Of a stretch of DNA of 32,000 nucleotides, positions 26,499 through 32,000 are shown piece by piece. Below the pieces are notes generated by a model. The model was not told where the DNA came from and ran no database searches. It saw only the letters and a list, made by a program, of their open reading frames with translations. Numbering within the stretch: the stretch's first letter is position 1; the number at the start of each line of letters is the position of its first letter. Origin of the DNA: Thermodesulfobacteriota bacterium (GTDB lineage: Bacteria; Desulfobacterota; WTBG01; JAGOGO01); NCBI GenBank assembly GCA_026625185.1, contig CP113000.1, positions 855,622-887,621 on the forward strand. Direction: 5' to 3'. Both the position numbers and the translations under genes were made by a program.

Positions 26499-27713
26499 AT
26501 GACCGGAATTAGTACACCGAGTATTTTTATTTTTATTGCCGGGTTTGCGCTCGGTTTGATAGCAGCTTTGATTTTGCGGCTGATCCAAGCAAAAACCGCC
26601 AAGGAGCTGGCAACCGAGCTTTTCCAGGAAAGTGAATCGAAACGAAAATCAGAGATCGAAGCAGTGCTCGAAAATATGAAGGCAAGTTTTGGGAGCCTGT
26701 CGCTTGACGCTCTATCAAAATCAACCGAAGAGTTTCTTAAATTGGCCAAAGCCAAACTGGAATCTGAACGAGAGGTAGGGGTAAAGGAACTGGACGCAAA
26801 GAAGGTCCTGATTGACCAGCAACTTCAGCGCATGGGAGCTGAATTAGACAACGTCGCTCACCTCATGCAAGAATTGGAAAAGGATCGAATAGAAAAATTC
26901 GGTGCCTTAGCAAGTCAACTCAAGACCGCAGGCGAACAGACCGCAGCATTGGCGCAGGTGACCACTACCATTAAGGAAGCTTTAGCGAGCACCAAAGCCC
27001 GCGGTCAGTGGGGAGAACGGATGGCTGAGGACGTACTGAAACTGGCGGGCTTTGTGGAAAAAATTAATTACCTAAAGCAAAAATCCCTGGAAGGCACCAC
27101 CAGCCGGCCCGATTTCACCTTCCTCTTGCCGAATAACCTTAAGCTCAATATGGACGTTAAATTCCCTCTGGACAACTACCTCAAATATCTGGAGACACAG
27201 TCCGAGGTCGATAAAGCCAAATACCGCACGGCCTTTCTAAATAACGCAAAAGCCCGCATCAAGGAGGTAACTACCCGGGAATATATTAATCCGGACGAAA
27301 ATACGGTTGACTGTGTGCTTTTGTTTATTCCCAATGAACAAGTTTATGCTTTTATTCATGAACAGGATAGTTCAATTTTGGAAAACGGGATTAAGAATAA
27401 GGTGGTGTTCTGTTCGCCCATCACTCTTTTTGCGGTATTAGCGGTGATTCGGCAGGCAGTTGAACATTTTGCATTAGAAAAAACTTCCCGTGAGATCCTC
27501 TCATTATTGGGAGGATTTAAAAAACAGTGGGATGAATTTACCAATAAATTTGAAATCCTGGGCAAACGGATTGAGGATGTCCAAAAAGAATACGCCGCGC
27601 TCATTACTACCCGAAGGCATCAATTAGAAAAACCCTTAAACAAAATTGAGCTACTGAGAACTCAATGGGGCTTGACCGGTCCTTCTGAAGGAGACCGGGA
27701 CGCTGAGGTCTAA
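26499..27713 (+). CDS. rmuC: DNA recombination protein RmuC
   Basis: 404 aa with an N-terminal TM segment followed by a long coiled coil. The RmuC nuclease-like core reads GQWGERMAEDVLKLAGF....RPDFTFLLPNNLKLNMDVKFPLDNY....VLLFIPNEQVY. Confidence 0.88.
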   Translation: MTGISTPSIFIFIAGFALGLIAALILRLIQAKTAKELATELFQESESKRKSEIEAVLENMKASFGSLSLDALSKSTEEFLKLAKAKLESEREVGVKELDAKKVLIDQQLQRMGAELDNVAHLMQELEKDRIEKFGALASQLKTAGEQTAALAQVTTTIKEALASTKARGQWGERMAEDVLKLAGFVEKINYLKQKSLEGTTSRPDFTFLLPNNLKLNMDVKFPLDNYLKYLETQSEVDKAKYRTAFLNNAKARIKEVTTREYINPDENTVDCVLLFIPNEQVYAFIHEQDSSILENGIKNKVVFCSPITLFAVLAVIRQAVEHFALEKTSREILSLLGGFKKQWDEFTNKFEILGKRIEDVQKEYAALITTRRHQLEKPLNKIELLRTQWGLTGPSEGDRDAEV

Positions 27714-28054
27714 AGCCCTTCAGGATTTTAAATCAGCACGGCAACGTCACCGAGATTCTTAGTGTCGGCAATGATATAACTGAGCGCAAGCAGGCTGAAG
27801 AGGAAAGAAAAATTCTCATCCAGGAACTGCAGCAAACCCTCAAAGAACTTCAGGCACCCTTTGCCAAGGTTAAAACTTTGAGCGGATTGTTGCCCATTTG
27901 TGCCTCCTGTAAAAAGATTCGCGATGATAGCGGGTACTGGAAACAAATTGAAGCTTACATCAGAGAATATTCTGATGCTACCTTTACCCACGGCATCTGC
28001 CCGGAGTGTGTGAAAAATCTTTATCCCGGTTTGGTGATTGACGATGAAGAATAA
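27707..28054 (+). pseudogene. Orphan 3' tail of a PAS-domain sensor gene carrying the conserved C-terminal Cys/His domain, with no canonical start
   Basis: The frame is open for 115 codons from just after an in-frame TGA (27704..27706). It reads GLKPFRILNQHGNVTEILSVGNDITERKQAEEERKILIQELQQTLKELQAPFAKVKTLSGLLPICASCKKIRDDSGYWKQIEAYIREYSDATFTHGICPECVKNLYPGLVIDDEE*. 'VGNDITERKQAEE' is the end of a PAS domain plus its linker. The first ATG, GTG or TTG in frame is TTG 27878. The minus-strand ORF 27728..28135 is its antisense shadow. Confidence 0.6.
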
Positions 28055-30884
28055 AAGCTTAATGAGACGGGTTCTGCAAGGGAGTCTCCGCCTTTTTATT
28101 TTTCTTTTTATCTTTCTTTTTATCGGTATTATCATTTTATATTTTTTTCTCCCCCCTTTTTTGTCTTCAGACCGTGCTCGCGAGAACGCCTCGCTCTATT
28201 TGGCCAAGGTATGTAATAGGCCGGTGATGATAGACCATCTCGCCTTCTCCTGGAAAGATGGGTTTTTTATCTCCCAGCTGAGCATCACCAATCGCGACCG
28301 GACACCTTTCCTAGTGCTCCATTCGGTTGAACTCCTGCCTGGCTGGCAATCCCTATTAGCAACTAAATTAAAGGCTGCCTCTTTAACAATCAAAGGAATA
28401 GAGCTGACCATCAGGAGAGATCAAAACGGAAAAATAATGAACGGTAATACCGTTACCTTGGCAAAGCAAAACATCGAATCTACGTATACTGAATTTCCTG
28501 CCCTCCTAATAAATCATTTCTTTCGCCTTTTTCCGAAGAAACATCGTGGACTTAGTTATAAAAACGTGCTTTCACTTTTTCGTGAAGTCCATGTCACAGA
28601 AGGTGTTTTTTCCTTTATTGATCAGCGTCTTAATACAACTACTCAGATAAAAGATTTTTCTGCTGACTTAAATATTGGTTCCCTTGCTAAACCAATAAAG
28701 TTTCTTTTGCAAGGCACGGTCTTACTTAACAACAATCCCCCGGAGCCATTAAGAATAAATGGTTCAGCCATCCTCTTTTCCAAAGAAAAAATAAACCTCC
28801 CTAAGGCTCGAGGGACGCTCACCATGGAAGCAGGCTTTGGCCATGTGGAAGGATTTTTTGACTTAGACAAATTTAACACCTCCTCCTTTGAGGCAACCGG
28901 GGGGCGCCTGGTCTGTTCTCTTGACTTAGAAAAGCTATCTCAATTTTTGGCGGGGATTCTGGGTTTATCTCCGGGGTATTCATGGAAAGGCAACCTTCAG
29001 TCATCCTTAGAAGCCCGGGGAAATTTTGATTCCCCTATTGCAATAACGGGTTCAACCCAGCTGACCAATGTGTCCATAACCGGAGAGCCTTTCCAACCGG
29101 CCCCCTTTGAGCAACCTCGCATTGATTCCACTCAGGAGGTTTTATTAAACTTTTCTACCCACGAGATTAAGGTTAAACTTTTTGATCTCAAAAGTGATTT
29201 TCTTAGGCTTTCTCTTTCCGGAACAATCAACAATTTTCAAAAAGTCCCTTATAGCAACCTCACGCTCTCAGGAACCGGGCGCCTCCATGAGATTGCCCCC
29301 CTTCTGAGGATTTTTTTTCATCTTCCTCCTGCTCTTAACCTCTCCGGCATAACCCGGCTATCTCTCTCGGGAACCGGATCCGCAAAAAAGTTTAATCTTA
29401 AAGGAGCTTCCGTTGTTAGAGGTTTGGCCGTTGAACACCCCGCTCTCAACGGGCGGCCTTTTCAGGAAGAAACCCTGCGGATTTCTCCCGATCTCTTGTA
29501 CAATTTTAAAAAAAATCAGCTTACGGTAACATCCTTACTCCTTCGGGGGAAATCCCTGGCGGGTGAGATTAGGGGTACTGTGGATAGAAACCGTGATCTC
29601 GACCTAGAAGGCAGTCTTTCATTAAAGTTTGCTGAGCTAAAAAAACAACTTCGCGATGTGCTTCCTCGAGCTTTTCCAAATGAAGGATCCTCATCGTCTC
29701 ACTTCATCATTAAGGGCAATCTAAAAACCTCTCTCGTTATAAAGGGAGAGCACGATCTTCCTTTGCTTCCCAAATTTAAAGTCACTCATGACCTGCTTTA
29801 CTTTCCCGAGCAAAGAACTCTTACCTTCACCACGCTCGCGGCTCAATCTCCTTATTTAAGTTTTGAGGGCCAAGGAACAATTACGCAGATTTCACAAAAT
29901 CCGGTTGCAAAATGCGAAGGAAAACTTTTGCTTGCCTTAGAAGAAGCGCAAAAGGCATGGAAGGATTTTCTTCCCAAAAAAATGATTCTTCAAGGCAAAG
30001 GGAGTTTAACCTTTACTGCTGAGGGAAAGTTAAAACCTGTTGAAAACAAACCAGTCCTTTCTTCGTGGATTGGAAATGGCACCGTATTTTTAGATGCTAT
30101 GAGCTGCCAGGGTCTCGGCACCATCCAAAATCTTAAAAGTACCGGGTTTACGCTCGATAAAAACATTCTTCGTTTGTCATTGGAAGGCCTGTTGAATAGA
30201 GGCCCCTCAGCAGTTCAATGCGTTATCGATTTCAGACAAAGTCGGCCGGTAATAAAATTAAACGGACAAGGAAAAGACATTGAGCTATCCGAAGACCAAA
30301 CCATGTTGGATTATGTTATTCCGATCCGCTCCCGCTCTCGACAGCTAACCGGAAAAGGATTTTTTTCTTTCCAAACATCCTGGCAAGGATTCGATTGGGA
30401 ACAAGAGATAAGCAGGAGCATCGTGGGAACCGGAAAAATAAGTTTAGAGGATGGAAGCGTTGAAACCGAAGGCGTCTTAAGCGAGATACTGACTGTTTTG
30501 GGAAAATCTGAGTCGATTCAGTTTGACCAGGTTCAGAGTCCTTTCCGCCTTGGGGAAGGGAAAATTTATGATAACACTATCCAGGTAAACGGGCCCGATA
30601 TCGAGATAACGTTTCAAGGCTGGACGTCCCTTATTTACGATCCTGAAAAAAAGGGGAACCCAATTAGGTATGCGGTAACCGGAGCTTCTTTTAAAAATTT
30701 TCCGGGCAAAGATGCGCAAAAAATTTTACCTTTTCTTAGCGGAGAAAATGGCGCCATCCCGATTTACATTAAAGGTACCGTACAAAAGCCGAAAGTATCC
30801 GTAAAATTTCGCAAGGCAAAAAAATTTTTTAAAGATTTTTTTAACCCCTCTAAAAATTCTTTCCATGATCTTGAGGGAGCGTGA
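28044..30884 (+). CDS. AsmA-family outer-membrane biogenesis / lipid-transfer-like protein
   Basis: About 946 aa with a single N-terminal TM segment (LFIFLFIFLFIGIIILYFF). The body is long and beta-rich. The C-terminal AsmA_2-like segment reads GTGKISLEDGSVETEGVLSEIL....FDQVQSPFRLGEGKIYDNTIQVNGPDIEITFQGW. ATG 28044 is preferred over TTG 28038. Confidence 0.65.
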   Translation: MKNKSLMRRVLQGSLRLFIFLFIFLFIGIIILYFFLPPFLSSDRARENASLYLAKVCNRPVMIDHLAFSWKDGFFISQLSITNRDRTPFLVLHSVELLPGWQSLLATKLKAASLTIKGIELTIRRDQNGKIMNGNTVTLAKQNIESTYTEFPALLINHFFRLFPKKHRGLSYKNVLSLFREVHVTEGVFSFIDQRLNTTTQIKDFSADLNIGSLAKPIKFLLQGTVLLNNNPPEPLRINGSAILFSKEKINLPKARGTLTMEAGFGHVEGFFDLDKFNTSSFEATGGRLVCSLDLEKLSQFLAGILGLSPGYSWKGNLQSSLEARGNFDSPIAITGSTQLTNVSITGEPFQPAPFEQPRIDSTQEVLLNFSTHEIKVKLFDLKSDFLRLSLSGTINNFQKVPYSNLTLSGTGRLHEIAPLLRIFFHLPPALNLSGITRLSLSGTGSAKKFNLKGASVVRGLAVEHPALNGRPFQEETLRISPDLLYNFKKNQLTVTSLLLRGKSLAGEIRGTVDRNRDLDLEGSLSLKFAELKKQLRDVLPRAFPNEGSSSSHFIIKGNLKTSLVIKGEHDLPLLPKFKVTHDLLYFPEQRTLTFTTLAAQSPYLSFEGQGTITQISQNPVAKCEGKLLLALEEAQKAWKDFLPKKMILQGKGSLTFTAEGKLKPVENKPVLSSWIGNGTVFLDAMSCQGLGTIQNLKSTGFTLDKNILRLSLEGLLNRGPSAVQCVIDFRQSRPVIKLNGQGKDIELSEDQTMLDYVIPIRSRSRQLTGKGFFSFQTSWQGFDWEQEISRSIVGTGKISLEDGSVETEGVLSEILTVLGKSESIQFDQVQSPFRLGEGKIYDNTIQVNGPDIEITFQGWTSLIYDPEKKGNPIRYAVTGASFKNFPGKDAQKILPFLSGENGAIPIYIKGTVQKPKVSVKFRKAKKFFKDFFNPSKNSFHDLEGA

Positions 30885-30890
30885 AGCTCC

Positions 30891-30908
30891 GCAAAAGTTG
30901 CTTTTTTT
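30891..30908 (+). terminator. Weak intrinsic-terminator-like element after the AsmA-like gene
   Basis: GCAA-AAG-TTGC forms only a 4-bp stem, followed by T7 (30902..30908), 7 nt after the stop codon. Confidence 0.3.
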
Positions 30909-30957
30909 GTGCCAATTTAATATATTACAAAAAGGGTCCTAAATCACAACAAAATGC

Positions 30958-31025
30958 GTCATTCCCGTCCCCACCTTCGCGGGGATAAACTCCAGCGGGA
31001 ATGCAGAAAAATACCGGATTCCGGT
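30958..31025. repeat. Nested inverted-repeat (REP-like) intergenic element
   Basis: The outer arms CATTCCCG (30960..30967) and CGGGAATG (30996..31003) enclose an inner hairpin TCCCC-ACCTTCGC-GGGGA (30968..30985). The palindrome ACCGGA-T-TCCGGT (31013..31025) follows. The 'tcattcccg...cgggaatgcag...ggattccgg' string resembles a short repeat family I recall from many environmental and deltaproteobacterial-type genomes. Confidence 0.5.
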
Positions 31026-31081
31026 TCAAGCCTGAAATGACAATATGCATATTTCATTGGGTATAGCAGGCTGTTAGAAAA

Positions 31082-31118
31082 CCCCCTGATCCCTCTTTCG
31101 AAAAACGGGGGCTAAGGG
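31082..31118 (+). repeat. C-tract/G-tract structured element in the 5' region of the M48 peptidase gene
   Basis: CCCCC (31082..31086) pairs with GGGGG (31107..31111). CCCT (31091..31094) pairs with AGGG (31115..31118). The two stems are interleaved, so they form either alternative hairpins or a pseudoknot topology. The architecture parallels 6791..6825. Confidence 0.4.
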
Positions 31119-31158
31119 TATTTAACAACGATGTTTTATGCACAGGAGGTATTTCTAG

Positions 31159-32000
31159 ATGCCGCCAAAAAAAATTGAAAGATTTGCCCAAAAAATTTTC
31201 CTGAGTATTCTGGTTTCAGGTTTATTCTTGATTTCTTTCTCCTTCTCCGGCTGTGCTGTTAACCCGGTTACGAGACAAACTCAGTTCATGACGGTTTCCG
31301 AAGAACGGGAATTTAACATGGGGCAGCAGCTGGATAAGCAAGTCCGGGAAGAGATGGGCTTTTATTTGGAAGTACCTGAGCTTCGCTCTTTAGTCAAGCA
31401 AACCGGGGGGGCTATAAGTCAGAATGGTGCCCGGGCCAAAACCCTTAACTATCGGTTTGAAATTGTGGACTCACCTGATTTTAATGCGTTTGCTTTGCCC
31501 GGGGGCTTTGTCTATGTCCACCGTGGGCTCTTGGATAAAGTAAACTCAACGGATGAGCTTGCCTCAGTGTTAGGGCATGAAATTGCCCACGTGGATGCCC
31601 GGCATTCGGCGGCTCTGATTTCCAAAGTCGAGTTGTTGAACATTGGACTTTTGGCAGCCAATGTGGCGACCCAAGGCGCTGTTCAGCAGTTCGGTGACTT
31701 AATAAATATAGGCGCGGTGTTAACGTTAAACAAGTTTTCCCGGGATGCGGAACGGGAAGCTGACCACTATGGAACACTCTATATGTCAAAATCTGGATAT
31801 AACCCCAAATCGTCTCTCGAAGTTATGAAGGCAATTCAACGGATTCAGGTTCGAGAGCCAAACAACGTTGAGACCTGGTTTATGACCCATCCCCCTACGA
31901 GTGAACGGCTGGTAAACCTAGATCACGAGATTGGCAACATTCAGCAGATTCAACCAACAGCATTGAACACCCCGATAAAACGAAATCAGTATATAAGGAC
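31159..32000 (+). CDS. M48-family Zn metallopeptidase lipoprotein (BepA/LoiP-like), 3' end beyond the window
   Basis: AGGAGG lies 8 nt upstream of ATG 31159. A signal peptide with a lipobox is present (LISFSFSGC). The HExxH motif sits in VLGHEIAHVDARHS. The downstream ..READHYG.. and THPPTSERL strings are typical of M48 peptidases. No stop occurs before 32000. Confidence 0.88.
   Translation, partial: MPPKKIERFAQKIFLSILVSGLFLISFSFSGCAVNPVTRQTQFMTVSEEREFNMGQQLDKQVREEMGFYLEVPELRSLVKQTGGAISQNGARAKTLNYRFEIVDSPDFNAFALPGGFVYVHRGLLDKVNSTDELASVLGHEIAHVDARHSAALISKVELLNIGLLAANVATQGAVQQFGDLINIGAVLTLNKFSRDAEREADHYGTLYMSKSGYNPKSSLEVMKAIQRIQVREPNNVETWFMTHPPTSERLVNLDHEIGNIQQIQPTALNTPIKRNQYIR

Noticed and set aside
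27728-28135. 135-aa ORF on the minus strand
   Set aside because: It is antisense to the PAS-tail frame and to the AsmA-like N-terminus. Its KRKIKRKIKRRR start is simply the reverse complement of the FIFLFIFLF transmembrane segment. The plus-strand reading gives a recognisable conserved domain.
31481-31789. 102-aa ORF on the minus strand
   Set aside because: It is antisense to the M48 peptidase gene, whose HExxH motif and lipobox are clear.

Overview
All calls below come from reading the sequence and the ORF track and from motif recognition. No database search or alignment was run.

The window is bacterial chromosome, moderately AT-rich and densely coding. I found no rRNA, tRNA, CRISPR array, transposase or integrase. 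It divides into five blocks.

- **1..3813 (minus strand):** a CoA-thioester module with two tandem family III CoA-transferase paralogues, a split MaoC/hot-dog hydratase pair and a Had-like Zn alcohol dehydrogenase.
- **3874..4675:** a small AbrB/DUF2080-like ORF followed 11 nt later by a GNAT acetyltransferase. A near-consensus promoter drives them, and its -10 lies inside a 15-bp palindrome. This layout resembles a toxin-antitoxin pair.
- **5456..9314 (plus strand):** a housekeeping run of rho, rpmE, prfA and prmC. About 920 bp of non-coding DNA precedes rho. prmC appears to start at a non-canonical ATT that overlaps the prfA stop.
- **9393..26253:** the most interesting block, an osmoadaptation supercluster.
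  - Glycerate 2-kinase lies divergent from a GpgS/MpgS-type glycosyl-3-phosphoglycerate synthase.
  - A same-strand array then runs, in transcription order, MarR, treZ, GH57, treY, a truncated otsB-like remnant, an uncharacterised internally duplicated protein, treT, an SPFH/prohibitin gene, MscS and a ClC-CBS channel.
  - The treZ-to-treT part is tightly overlapped, which implies translational coupling.
- **26499..32000:** rmuC, then an orphan 115-codon tail of a PAS sensor that carries the conserved C-terminal Cys/His domain but has no canonical start. An AsmA-like protein, structured intergenic repeats and a partial M48 lipoprotein peptidase follow.

The best candidates for undescribed biology are:

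- the unknown protein coupled to TreT (17563..18228);
- the AbrB-like/GNAT pair;
- GH57 occupying the TreX slot of the treYZ operon;
- the physical linkage of compatible-solute synthesis with release channels.
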